A model generated the notes under the pieces. The model had not been told where the DNA came from. It saw nothing but the letters and a program-made list of their open reading frames with translations, and did no database searches. Made by a program: the position numbers and the translations under genes. Shown here piece after piece: positions 37,586-49,793 of a stretch of 64,000 nucleotides of DNA (its first letter is position 1; each line of letters starts with the position of its first letter). Origin of the DNA: Mobula hypostoma (taxonomy: Eukaryota). Location of the stretch: positions 26,910,001-26,974,000 of the forward strand of contig NC_086109.1 in the NCBI RefSeq assembly GCF_963921235.1, written 5' to 3'.

Positions 37586-37835
37586 GAATTCTGAAAAATA
37601 GGGGGTTACCACTGTTCTCAGAGAAGAATAGCATCAACCGAATACACAATGAACTTTCAAATCATAAATCAGCCACTGTCTCCTCACGTGCATCTTCAGT
37701 GGGATCAAGTGAAGGAAGTCGGTCAGGAGGTTTAACAAAGCTGAGGCAAACAACAGGGGAGCATATGAATGGGATGATGCCCATACCTATGAGCATCAAA
37801 ACAGGCACGGTAGATGAAGATTCATCAGGCTCTGA
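37586..37835 (+). CDS. CELSR2: CELSR2 penultimate coding exon (GILKNRGLPLFSEK...MSIKTGTVDEDSSGS)
   Basis: cacag|GAATT, TCTGA|gtgagt, 250 nt, phase 1-2. Confidence 0.94.
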
Positions 37836-39770
37836 GTGAGTATGTCTTTTCTGTACTTAGCTTGTGCCAACCCAAGGGTATTACAGAAGGACCTGACCAG
37901 CAAAGTGGAAAGATATTACAAGACATGAGTGTAATGCAGAAAAAGGCATTGTTAATTGCAGCTCAGTCCATTGCAGGTGTTTCTCAAATCAATATTTCTC
38001 ATGCAAAGGCACATAATAAATAAAATTATTAAACTAAGGGCACTTAACTCAGCAGCATAATCTTTAAATAGTTACTGGCCATAAAATTACTTATGAGATA
38101 TGGTGTTCCTTTAGCTAAACTTCATTTAAAATAATTGTTAAAAACCTCTGTTAAAATAGGAAAATTAGGAGTTTCAGCCTAAGGTATTAAACAATCCTAA
38201 ACACTTAATTTCATGATATAAATTCATGGCTTACTTGGAAGTTATTTTTGATTTGAATTTTTCTTCTTGTGTTTAATCAACTGTTTCTTGTTGTAAGGTA
38301 CAGGTTTACTGTAGGAAGGTTGTAAATGGATGATATTTGGTCAGTTAAAAGTTATCCCAACATTTCAGCGAAATCTTGTAATAGATTATCATTGCTGTGA
38401 AAGTTTGAGTTTGCATTTATTTGCACATCATTGTGAGTGGCGGGAGAGAACCATTAAGTGGGAATGAAAATTCATCCGGTTACAGTATTTGGTATTAAGA
38501 TATATTGATGGATTGTTGTAGTTTGTATGTTACAGAAGTGAACAGTCAGTTCTGCCATCTTGTGGTCAATAAATTGAACTGCATCTTATAAATGTTACAT
38601 GCTATTCATAGTTACACAGTGTCCTCCTGCAACGCAATTAACATGTAATTGGGTTCTCAAAGGATTATGTTGTTGTTACAGTTCTTACATTAATTTGTGT
38701 ATTTTAGTAATGAGTTTTTCTTGCATGTAATTCTCCAAATTTGGATGGCTTATGAGTGATTCCTGGTTAGACACATGTTAAAAACAGTCAGAAAGGAGCA
38801 AAATCATAGTATTTCACTAGAAAAAGGGAAAATACAGAGGAATAGCATTTCTAAAACTTATTAGTAGAATAATTATCATTAAAAGTTTCCTTTAAAAGCC
38901 AGATTTAACAAATCCTATCATGGATATATGAAAGAGACCCCTGATTTAAAGGGGTCTGTATTTTCAGTAGAAGGCAATACAGAACTTGTCACCTCACATT
39001 TAACCAAATAGGACACAAACCTTTGTCCCTTCCCACGTAACCAAATAAATAGTGCAAAAGAAGTATAGAGAGGGATTGCTCATGGACTCTTCATAAATCT
39101 GAAGAAAGAAGGAGGGAGAGCTGTTCCTAAAAAGGTGAGTGTGGGTCTTCAGGCTCCTGTACCTCCTCCCTGATGGGAAGATGGCATGTCCCGGATGGTG
39201 AGATCATTAAAGATGAATGCTGCCTCCTGAAAATGTCTTTAAATGTGGGGAGGGTTATGCCTGTGGTTGTGTAATACCATTCTAGGTTTACTCCATCAGC
39301 AAACACATGGTTCAAATGAAAGAAATGTCTAATACAAGTTAAGATTACTTTTGACAATTAAGAAACAAATTTAAAAAATAATGTCAGACATTGAATCGAG
39401 ATTTGAAAGCTTAGTAGGGACAGTGAAATCAATTCTGTTTGATACATGCTGGCTTCTTTGCTCCTGGAAATGTGCAAATGTTATTCTATGGAACTGAACA
39501 CAACTATATTTGAAATAATGAACAAGATGCAAGACTTGGTAAGATTTTGCAAATTTGCATGGTTTGTATGCAAGGGAAACATTCTGCATAATGGATCGTC
39601 TGTGAAGGAGCAGATGGGAGCTTGATATTTATTAGGTTAAATAATAATTTTCACCTTTTGAATTTAACAAAACCAAATCAATTTGTCATAAATTAAAATG
39701 AATATTTATATATCTCTATTTATGAAATAATCTAATTTCTATGCCTTTTCTCTCCTCATCAAACCTGTAG

Positions 39771-39798
39771 ATTTCTGTTTTTTAATTTTCTCCATTGA
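39771..39798 (+). CDS. CELSR2: CELSR2 last exon, proximal acceptor: EFLFFNFLH*
   Basis: Pyrimidine tract then ctgtag|A TTT CTG TTT TTT AAT TTT CTC CAT TGA; phase 2; same as the human CELSR2 C-terminus as recalled. Confidence 0.88.
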
Positions 39799-39945
39799 AA
39801 CATGTGCATAATTAATTTGAGGCTGTTTCTCACTGTCGACCATACACTTCCAGTGATGAAATGCATAATTGCTTTCCATCACATGATTCTCAAACGTAAT
39901 CATGATCATGCATTTTTTTTTTCCTTTTGTCCTTTTCACACATAG

Positions 39946-39970
39946 TAGCAGTGATGAGACCTCCATATGA
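39946..39970 (+). CDS. CELSR2: CELSR2 last exon, distal acceptor: D(S)(S)DETSI*, class I PDZ-binding motif
   Basis: Long pyrimidine tract then catag|T AGC AGT GAT GAG ACC TCC ATA TGA; phase 2. Confidence 0.82.
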
Positions 39971-40164
39971 CTTCTCATGTCAGCACAGGACACGAGGAAC
40001 TGCTAAAGCTGCCAGAATGTCACTTTGCTTACTTCAGACAGCACAGAAGACTTCTTGTACCTTGTCTGAGGTACAGACCTGCACGTAACTGAACACTTAA
40101 ATGTGAAAAGAACTGCTGTCATGTGGACTGTGTGTCCTTGAAGTTGTGACTGCTGGTTATTATC

Positions 40165-40173
40165 AGTGCCAAA
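40165..40173 (+). promoter_or_regulatory. miR-96 8-mer seed site in the CELSR2 3' UTR
   Basis: AGTGCCAAA is complementary to miR-96-5p nt 1-9 (UUUGGCACU). Confidence 0.6.
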
Positions 40174-41384
40174 TTATGCCGAGACATTGTTCTGTTTATG
40201 CATAGTGCTATGGACAAAGTGGGTGTCAGAACAGGTTTAAAAATACCAAAAAGCACCCAAACATACTTACGAGCACTCAGGACAATTAAAATTCTATGAA
40301 GCAAAAGCTTCAGAATTTCACATTCTCATATAATGTGTAAAAGAATGGAAGAATTGAAGCTTCAGGGAATATGTTGTAACTACAGTTTATAATAATAAGG
40401 TCTGTGTCGAAGCCTCCCCAAGACAAGCTCGATCATAATTGCTTTGCTGGTAATGAGACATATAAAAAGAGAACAAAACCAACCACTGGAGTATGTAGCT
40501 GTGACTATTTTCTGTTGAAGACTACAAGTTTTGAATTGCAAGTAAAATATTTCATTATTTTGAAATTATGTGAACATTTAGCTGCTTAGGAGCATGGCAT
40601 TTTTAATTTATCAATCAGACATACGGGATCAGAAAGTATGTATTTTTCTTACAGAAACAATAATTACTTTTAGAAGCTGATGTACAGAAAAATAGAAATG
40701 TTAGTCATCCTGTTCTATGTGGCAACAACAAACTTTTTCTACATTCCAAACGTTGAACCAGATACTTTTGTTTTACCCAAATGAATATTTTACTAAAAAA
40801 TAAGAATCTGAGTTTGCCTTTGGGAGCAATATTACTGTTGAGCATCTGGCAGGTCCCTTTAAGAAGCTCAAACAATGAACTGAACTGATGATGTACAAAT
40901 ACAAACCGATAAACTGTAACCACATTCAGCATATGTGGAGGAAACAATTGCCTTTAGCCACATGGCCTTCATGCTCCAGGTTATAGTGGAGTAGTCCTCA
41001 GACCAATGCCTATTTTGAACATTTTTTTTGCAAGACATTTGTTTGTAGATATTTTGATATCATTTTAATTTGTCTTGAGAGAAAATGTGTGCTGTACATG
41101 TTTTTCCTTTTAAAGTTGCTTAACATAGTTCTAAAGAAAATGAGTAGGAAATCCAGGATGTTTTATTTAAATAATGCTGCTCATTTTTTTTCTGTTAATA
41201 TGATGTTTGTCCATATTGTATAGTTTGAATATTTTGATTGAAAGCAAAGCTTCCACTATTTTATCTTACGAGAATTTGGTGATGATTTTTCCACTGATGT
41301 CTTCACCAAATAGTTCAAAAATGAAATGCTTTCTCACAGTGAATTGTACAGTGAATTCTTTAATGTACATATTGTAGGTTTTTA

Positions 41385-41503
41385 AATAAATGTAGTTAAA
41401 CGGGTGTTGCTACCTGAAAGTTTTGGCAGATTATTTTGCCCAGATTTTTTTATTTCTTGACTAGAAACCTGATAAAACTAGTACAATTTCTGGATCTATT
41501 AAA
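41385..41503 (+). terminator. Candidate CELSR2 polyadenylation signals
   Basis: AATAAA at 41385-41390 and ATTAAA at 41498-41503, the latter followed by U/GU-rich sequence; end of a repeat-free AU-rich stretch. Confidence 0.55.
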
Positions 41504-42004
41504 GTTGTTATTTTGTACATTTTAGTGTATTTTCCAAGGTGGTCATATTATCATACTTCAAAAAAACACTGCTTGTTATACATTTGTGATTTTAGGTGAT
41601 GAGTTTGCTGTTGTCTTCTGAGAATGTTAAATGTGACCACTTTTGTTTGGTTTAATGGCACAGTGAACCTCATGAGAAGTAAAATGGGGAAAATGCAACC
41701 TGTGCAGTACTCATAGGGACATGGAAGGCATGAAGTCAGGAAAATGCTTCCCATCCATATTGCTGGTACCAATGCTCAACAGGCTGGTGAACTGCAAGAA
41801 GTGATTTCCATCAGCTTCATGAAGAATCCTGCAACAGAAAATATTGACAAAACCTACACCCGTCAGGAAGTTAGTTCACAGCCTGCCTTTCTCAGGAAAG
41901 CTCCAAACCCATATGTTTTGACCATTTTGTCAGTGGAATTCATAAAATGGTCTAATCCCACCTGGTGTTGTTATATTTACAGACTGTGAATGGCTGCAGA
42001 CTCC

Positions 42005-42712
42005 GAAGGAAGTAGAGGAACTGTCGTGCTTTCTTTGCAATTACATTTATATGATGGGTCCAGGACAGGTCCTCTGAGACAGTGACGCCCAGGATTTTAA
42101 AGTTACTAACCCTCTCCACCTCTGATCCTCCGATGAGTTCTGGCTCACAGACCCCTCTCCTGAAGTCTACAATTACCTCCTTGGGGTTGCTGACATTGAG
42201 TAAGAAGTTGTTATTATGACACCATTCAACCAGATTTTCGAACTCCCACCTATATGTTGATCACCACCCTTGATTCAACCTACAACAGTGGTGTCAATAA
42301 ACTTGAATTGTGGCATTGGCGCCTTGCCTAGCCGCACAACCACAAGTGTAAAGGGAGAATAACAGATGACTAAGCACATAGCTTTTTGGTGCACCTGTGC
42401 TGATGGAGTTTGTGGAGATGTTGCCAACCTGAACTGATTGAGGTCTGGAAGTGAGGAAATAAAGGATCCAATTGCACAAGGAGGCATTGAGGCCAAGGTC
42501 CCGGAGCCCATTGACTTAGCCCTGAGGGGAAGATGGTATTGAACACCGAGGTGCAGTTGATAAAGAGCATCCTGATGAATGCATCATTGCTGTCCTGATG
42601 TTCCAGGTTTGATTGAAGAGCCAACAAGATGGCATCTGCCATGGACCTGTTGCTTTGGCAGACAAATTTGAGTAGATCTATTGCTTCTCAGGCAGGAGCT
42701 GATATGTTTCAT
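42005..42712 (-). mobile_element. Rex/Babar-type LINE RT fragment
   Basis: Minus ORFs [63 protein letters not shown]. Confidence 0.75.
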
Positions 42713-43060
42713 CATTTTACAAAGGATAGTAGAAATTTAGACTTACTTTTTGCAAACAGCAATTGAGATTTTGAAACTAAGATTGAGAAGACCCTGATTA
42801 TTAAAAATACTATGGGATATGATGTGAATAGCTGTAATGTCATAGAAATTCTTATGGAACTAAATGACTCCCATTATACTTTTTTTTTAGTCCTGTGGAA
42901 TTTTGCTCCTAAACACTGCAATTACTGCTCTTAAAATACTTGTCTCTGTGAATCTCATCCTTGAAGCTGTGAATGATGCCTTATGGATGCATTTCACCCC
43001 AACCACTCCCTCCCTTGGCAGTTCTACATCACAGATTGGGTATGTTTTTAAAAACAGATA

Positions 43061-43782
43061 CAGTGGATTTCAGTTAATTGGGACCAGTATGTTTTGACCC
43101 AGTTAAGTGGCTGCCTCAATTAGCTAGTTTCATGGAAAGTTAAAAAGGTATAGAAAAGATAAACTACTGTTTAACTGAGTATCAAATTGTGTAGTTTCTG
43201 ATAGTTATCAATGGAGGAATTCATCCAGTATGCTAACATATTCTTTTGATTGACTGTAAATGAAGAAAATCAGCAGACACTGTAGATAATGGACTTCTTT
43301 CATGTAATAATATTGACACTTGCACCTTCCAAATCTTCATTTTTATTCTAACGTTCAAGATGATTGTCGATACCTTCAAATTCTTTGTAGTTCCTAACCT
43401 GAAGAAGCAAAATAGTTTCCTTTTCAATCCTGAACATTTCTGGCACTTCCAGACCTGATTGCTTGAAACTGCAGTGAATTGAAACAATTCAGAATTATCT
43501 TACTGCTTGCCTGCTTGCTCAAAAAAAAAATCACTACTTTATGAACACAAGCAAACACAAATAATGTTACTTAAAAACTGTTCACTCTGAGCACGGTGTA
43601 GAGATTTAACGGTCACACAAGTGCACAGATCTGACACTAGTTAGAAACCATTTGGCAACAGTCTCCTGCCCCATAAACAAAGGGAATCCCAGCTATTTTT
43701 TTGATTAGTTTTTGTTCTTTAAGAGGTGTCCCAAATAAACAACTGGCCTGATTAGCTGATGGTTCAATTAACCAGAATCGTA
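43061..43782. mobile_element. Degenerate Tigger-like non-autonomous DNA transposon
   Basis: ta|CAGTGGATTTCAGTTAATTGGGAC at the left end; complementary caattaaccagaatc near the right end. Confidence 0.5.
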
Positions 43783-45239
43783 CATGGTAAAATTTGTCTC
43801 ATGTTAGTTTCCACCTGCAATTATAAATAATGATCTGGAATAGAAGACTTTTTTCTTATCACCATTTGTAACATAACAATTACCCTGATCACAATTTAGC
43901 CAATCAGAAGATGCTCTTTAAACCACAAAAGCCAATGTTTTCTCATGCAATGATCAACATTTAATTCTGTGACTGAGAGAAAATTAGGGACACTGGTGTA
44001 ATTATGCATGAACAAAAGTTCCAAATTTAATTAACCTGTCCATGATTTGCCTTTAATTCTGGAAGTTAGAAATGGAATGTGAATTTCTTTCCATTCTCTT
44101 CACTGAACCTAGATACTTATCGGCAAAACCCGTGCTTCATTTGAGAGAAGAACCACTGAAAGGAAGTTTGTTTCAGATAATTCATATTTCGTGAATTGAG
44201 TAAATTAATGTTTTCCATAAAATGTTTAATAGGTCCTAAATGTCAATGTTAAGATGTGTAAACATTCAACTTGGTTGATAGCAGTGTGACAGACAATGGC
44301 TTGTAGTTTTCAAAGCCTCCGCTTCCTTCAAGTCAACATTAGCTCCAAGTTAAGTTCACATTGGAGGTTACTCAGGGTGAGTGGAAATTTAGCAAGGGGA
44401 CTTTGGTTCTAAGTAGCTAAGTGTTATTGAAATCGCATGTCAATTTGACTTTCCATATTTATAAAATGACAACTACTTGTTACAAAATGCTTTTATTGAT
44501 CTAAGACATACATAAAAGTAAATGCAGTGTTTAAAAATACATGCTTTAACAGAATCATATCCTGAATTTACAAGAACCACTAACAGATTGTTCAAAAGAG
44601 TTTCTTAATTTTTTTTCTCCTTAAAATACATAACATTCCCCATTTAAAAAAAGACAAGTTAATGAAATAATTGCCATAAGAGCTTAGACAGTGAAATTGA
44701 GTCACCGAGGCAACAGAAGGAAGGAATAAGTTTGCCTCCCTGAAGAATTCTAGTGAAGCAATTGAGATTAAGGTGCCATGGTCAGGATCTTCTGACAAGT
44801 TCACAAACTTCAAAACAATGGATTTAGTTCTTCAACTTCTTACAATGGAATGTGTTAATCCAGAACCTTAACTGTTCGATCATAATAACTGACATTGTTT
44901 GATTATATAGAACACTGCATAAACAGGAAGGGCAAGATGCACAAATTAAAAGCATTCCCAAAAATTATATTTTAGTGTGAAATTTAAGATGTTCAATATT
45001 TTTAAATCACATCAGTGTACACTAAAAATAAAGTATGATTTGTTTAGAGAAGTTTAAGAGGCTGAAAATGTATATGTATGTTTTCAGAGGCGATACATTT
45101 CTTAAAAGATAATACATATCTCAGGAAATTATAATATCCAAGTGAATCAGTTCTTTCAGCTATATTTAAAGTACATAACCCTCAGGGTATCCGTTTTAGA
45201 CTGATTTTGAGCATAAGATTCATTGAAAGATATTAAGCC

Positions 45240-45700
45240 TTTGGGAGAGTTCAGATTTACTAGAATATAAGGAGCAATTGATGACTTTGGGCCTTTACTC
45301 ACTGGACTTTGGAAAAATGGGGATGGGGAGTAATATCACTGAAAACTATTGGGTGTCAAAAGGCCTAGACCGAGTGAATGTGGAGAAAATGGTTCCTATT
45401 GTGGGGGAGTTTAGGACCAGAGGGCACAGCGTCAGAATAGGGGTACATCCATTTAGAATGGAGATGAGGAATTTCTTTAGCCGGAGTGGTGAATCTGTGG
45501 AATTTGTGTACAGGCAGCTGTAGAGGCCAGGTCACTGGGTGTATTTAAGGCAGAGGTTGATCAGTTCTTTATTAGTCAGGGTGTGAAAGGTTATAGTGAG
45601 AAGGCAGGAGAATGGGATTGACAGGGAAATGGTTCAGCCATGTTGAAATAGCAAAGCAGCCTCTCTGCACCAAATGGCCTAATTCTGTTCCTATGCTTTA
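45240..45700 (+). mobile_element. CR1 LINE 3' fragment, possibly within the PSRC1 3' UTR
   Basis: LGLYSLDF..KGLDRVNVEKM..FRTRGHS; end aatggcctaattctgttcctatg. Confidence 0.8.
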
Positions 45701-46379
45701 TGATATCACCAAGGATTGATAGACTGGAGAATCTAGGGATGTTCTCACTACAGCAGAGGATACTAAAGGAGGTAAGAGATGCTAGAAATGGAGTTTAGCT
45801 GAATTGATTACAACTTTTCACCTCTGGCTATCAAATTATTTGAAATATATGACTCTCTAAAGAATATAAGGAAATTCTTTCCATGAGTTCATAGGATTTA
45901 GAACAGCTACTAAATACTGATTTAACACTAGCTTACAAAATAGGCAAAGAAAAATCAGATACAAAAAAAACAATTATGCAACAGTATTTAGCTTAAAATG
46001 TTCACAAGCTCTTTGTGAAAATATTTATTTTTTCCCTTTTAAAATGTAATGGAATTCAATGACATTCTGATACAAACCATGTCATTTCACCATAGCAACA
46101 CAACTGGGGAGTCAAATTTATTGCATACATAGAAATAACAGGGAGAAAAACCAATTGAATTGCCTTTCAAATTGGGAACCAGACTGAATGGGCATGTTGT
46201 CATCATTTACTTTTTAAGAAAAAATAATTACTAGATTTTTTACATTTTAAGCTGATGATGAACATGCATCTTCTATTTTCCTTGTATGGTTTTTTCCTTC
46301 AGAGGGAGAAAACATGTCTCTGCACCTTCCAAGCAAAATTTTCTCAACTGCTTTTGTATTAAATGAACCTCAAAAGGAT

Positions 46380-46383
46380 TCAT
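46380..46383 (-). CDS. PSRC1: PSRC1 probable terminal coding nucleotides (completes Arg, then TGA)
   Basis: Minus strand ttttcttttgtag|A TGA fits the phase-2 donor of the preceding exon; minus AATAAA at 46117-46122, 46024-46029 and 44492-44497. Confidence 0.55.
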
Positions 46384-48094
46384 CTACAAAAGAAAATATG
46401 TACTTAGACATTCTACTTGACAAGATATTCCATTTATATTGAAAAGGAGTAATATTTTGCTTAATATGAAGGTAGTATTGTTGCAGTAATTTTATACATT
46501 TAAACAGGTTTGTGAACATTTTCTGAACTGCACAATAAACCAGATCTAGGCAGAATTGATTATTTTAATTAATCACATAAAAACTAATAGCTTTATACAT
46601 GATAAACTTTACAGTAAGAAACAGTTGAAAATAGTTGTGGCTAAAGAGGATCACTGTAAAGACCTTAAACATCTCCACCCTTAATATCATGGGATAGATT
46701 TCATCAGGCCCTTGGAAGTTATCCAACTTAACGTTCTTCAAGACACCACTTCCTCCTCTGACCTTGAGTGGACCTATCCTTTCCTTGCCTATACTCTTGT
46801 TCCTAATATGCATAAAATGTCTTGGGATTGTTAAGATTCAGTGAGTAAAGAGTCTAGTCATGTTTTTAGTTCAACTATTATCCCAATCTTATCCTTATCC
46901 ATCAACCCATTTTTATTAGCATCAATTTATACAGTAGAGGAAAGTACAGGCAATTTACATAGGACAAAACTCAACCAACCCCTTTACTGTTATTTTAAAA
47001 ATATTAAACACTTATAATCCACCCTTTCTTCAACAGGCAAATGATTGGATTTAAATCAGTTTTGGCACAATCTTTAATATTCCAATATACAGTATTCCTT
47101 AGGCCAATAGCTTACATTTCTTTTAAAGCTTTCAAATGCAGGAACACTAGAAAAAACATTGCTAAAAAGGGTGCAGTCAAATAATTAAAATTTTCACAAC
47201 AGTATGTTGTTGATTTATTATGAAATATTGCACTGACAGAACTATGCAATATTTTGAATCATTCTGCAATATTCACCTGTCCCAACAAATTTTGTGTTCA
47301 AGGTGTGGCTCTCATTCACCACAGAGGTAGAGGAATGTTTTAGCTTGTGAACTAGACATAATTATAATGGGAACAAGCTGAGAAACAATGATCCTATAAT
47401 CATTAAGTCATGAGACCATCACTGTAATAGTGGATAGCACCAAAGATCTCAGGACATTGGCATAACTCAGAAAGTACTGCATAGTTTTGGAGCTGGAGTC
47501 CAGTAGTATCAGTATGAAGAGCAGCAATAGTGAAGTGGTGGGAACTGTCCAAGATACGGGGTAGAGCTTAAATTTTTTGGGAGTGGAAATTGGTCTGAGG
47601 CTAGCCTGGACACAAGACAAAAGTACCTCCCATCATAGCACTGATAAAAAGTGTTTTCCAATGATTGAATTGTGTCCCTTTTAGAACAATTTCTTGTCCA
47701 TAAAAAATGTTACATGGAAAAAGATATCAAAAGATCTGTACAAGGATTAATCACTAGATGTGCTTAGTCAATCTGCAAGCACAGTCCCAAACAGTAGATA
47801 AAATGTTACAACTCCCAAATCATTGCAACTCAGTCCAATTTCTAGACCCATGTTCAAGTGAATTTTATTGGCTGGGCACTTGTTCAGTGTTTATATTATT
47901 TCTTCCTATCTCAGTTGAAAGGAAAAACACCCTATGGTACTGACTGAAATTATGAACTAATAAAAAGGCAAATTTCTTAGAGCAATTCTGGAGAATGTGT
48001 TTAGCACAGGAAATCCTCAGGTTATGTAAGGCTTCAGTTTTTCAGAATCATCTGTAAGCTGATTTCTCTGCAAGAAACAATTGTTTCCTGTAGT

Positions 48095-48975
48095 AAACAA
48101 GAGAAAATCTGCAGATGCTGGAAATCTGAGCAACTTACACAAAATGCTGGAGGAACTCAGCAGGCCAGGCAGCACCTAGGAAAAAAAAGAGTACAGTTGA
48201 TGTTTCAGGCCGAAACCCTTCAGCAGGACTGGAGGAAAAAAAACTGAGGAGTAGATTTAAAAAGTGAAGGGAGGGGAGAGAGAAACACAAGGCGATAGGT
48301 GAAACCTGAAGGGGGAGGAGATGAAGTAAAGGGCTGGGAAGTAAAATGGGAAAAGAGACAGAAGGCCATGGAAGAGAGGGCAGGAAGAGCATCAGAGGGA
48401 GGCTATGGGCAAGCAAGGAGATAAGGTGAGAGGAGGAAGAGGGAAAAGGGGATGGGAGATGGTGAACGAGAAGGGCGGTTGGGGGCATTACCGGAAGTTC
48501 GAGAAATCGATGTTCATGCCATCAGGTTGGAGGCTACCCAAAAGGCATTGATCCTCCAACCAAAGCACAGCCTTATCTCGGCAGTGGAGGAGGCCATGGA
48601 TAGACATATTGGAATGGGAATAGGAAGTGGAATTAAAATAGGTGGCCTCTGGGAGATCCCACTTTTTCAGGCGGATGGAGCGCAGGTGCTCGCTGAAGCA
48701 CTCTTCCAATTTACTTTGGGTCTCACTGATATACAGGCCACACTGGAAGTACTGAACTCAGTACATGGCTCCAAAAGACTCACAGGTAAAGTGGCGCCTC
48801 ACTAGGGCCCTAAAACAGTCCTTCCAGAATGGTAGTAGGGGCACTTTCTATATCTACTACTCAGCTCTTTTTCTCCAGTCTTGCCAAAGGATATCAGCCC
48901 AAAACATTGACTATACTCTCTTCCTAGAAGCTGCCCAGCCTGCTGAGTTCCTCCAGCATTTTGTGTGTGTTTCCT
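48095..48975 (-). mobile_element. Penelope-like element (GIY-YIG C-terminus) bounded by inverted tails
   Basis: Minus ORF FSEHLRSIR..YFNS..HSNMSIHGLLHC..LQPDGMNIDFSNFR; minus tail at 48095-48232 and plus tail at 48870-48972. Confidence 0.85.
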
Positions 48976-49103
48976 ATAATAACCTATATTTTCTCTCTTC
49001 ATATTTTCTGCCACAATTCTTTAATTTCATTGAATAATCACCATAACACTACCCATAATTAAACTGCTACATTACATGCTTCATCCAGTCTCGGAACCAT
49101 TAC

Positions 49104-49194
49104 CTTTTTACATGACTTGAAGTCACTTTCTTGGGCTGAGACTTATTTTGGACTGTTTTATCTGCTGTGCTCAAATTCAGGTGCTTGGAAGTAA
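49104..49194 (-). CDS. PSRC1: PSRC1 exon (VTSKHLNLSTADKTVQNKSQPKKVTSSHVK)
   Basis: tttcag|TTACT, AAAAG|gtaatg, 91 nt, phase 1-2; QPKKV recalls the QPPRKV end of human PSRC1. Confidence 0.8.
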
Positions 49195-49442
49195 CTGAAA
49201 GAAACAGAAAAGCAAACCAGAATTGAATTATCTAAAACAGAAAAATTCCAGGTTTTTCTCTTTACTACACTGAATCATGGAAAACGATTATCCAAGATGA
49301 TGTATACCATTTTAGAGTTTTATATTTTACCAGATTCATACAGAAATTGTGAAACTGTATTTCCCTGTAGCTGCTATACACGACTAATCAAAGGTCTCAA
49401 ACATTTGTATTCCCAAGTGCAAACCTAATTCCACATCCTTAC

Positions 49443-49793
49443 CTGTAGCTTGGAATTGTTTTTCTGATCCTTTCACTTTGAGAACCTCTGAAGTGCCTCT
49501 TTCGATTTTGATCCCAGCACGCGCAGATAAGGTTGATCCAGGCCGTAAACGATTGGAAGCAACAGGAGGAACTGGTCTGCTTGACACTTGTTTCCGACTA
49601 CCGCCCTCCGTGCTGGCAGCTCGATTGGTACTTGGAAGCTGTTTAATATTTGTGGCAGTGGTGGGTTTAAAAGGAGCTGACAACATCTTCCTCTCAAACG
49701 TTATTGGTGGTTTTCCTTTATTTTGTTTGTTGTGTAAGATAGTACTTCTCCCAGAATCTCTAGAGAGGTCTACTGGGTTGTTCAGTGACACAC
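49443..49793 (-). CDS. PSRC1: PSRC1 exon, basic Ser/Pro/Thr-rich region
   Basis: aatag|GTGTG, ACAG|gtaagg, 351 nt, phase 1-1, open frame. Confidence 0.85.

Noticed and set aside
891..39970. Assignment as CELSR1 or CELSR3
   Set aside because: HMTSF, GFEKKG, DLSLEDDQSGSYASTHSSDSE, GTVDEDSSGS and the FLFFNFLH ending fit CELSR2 as recalled.
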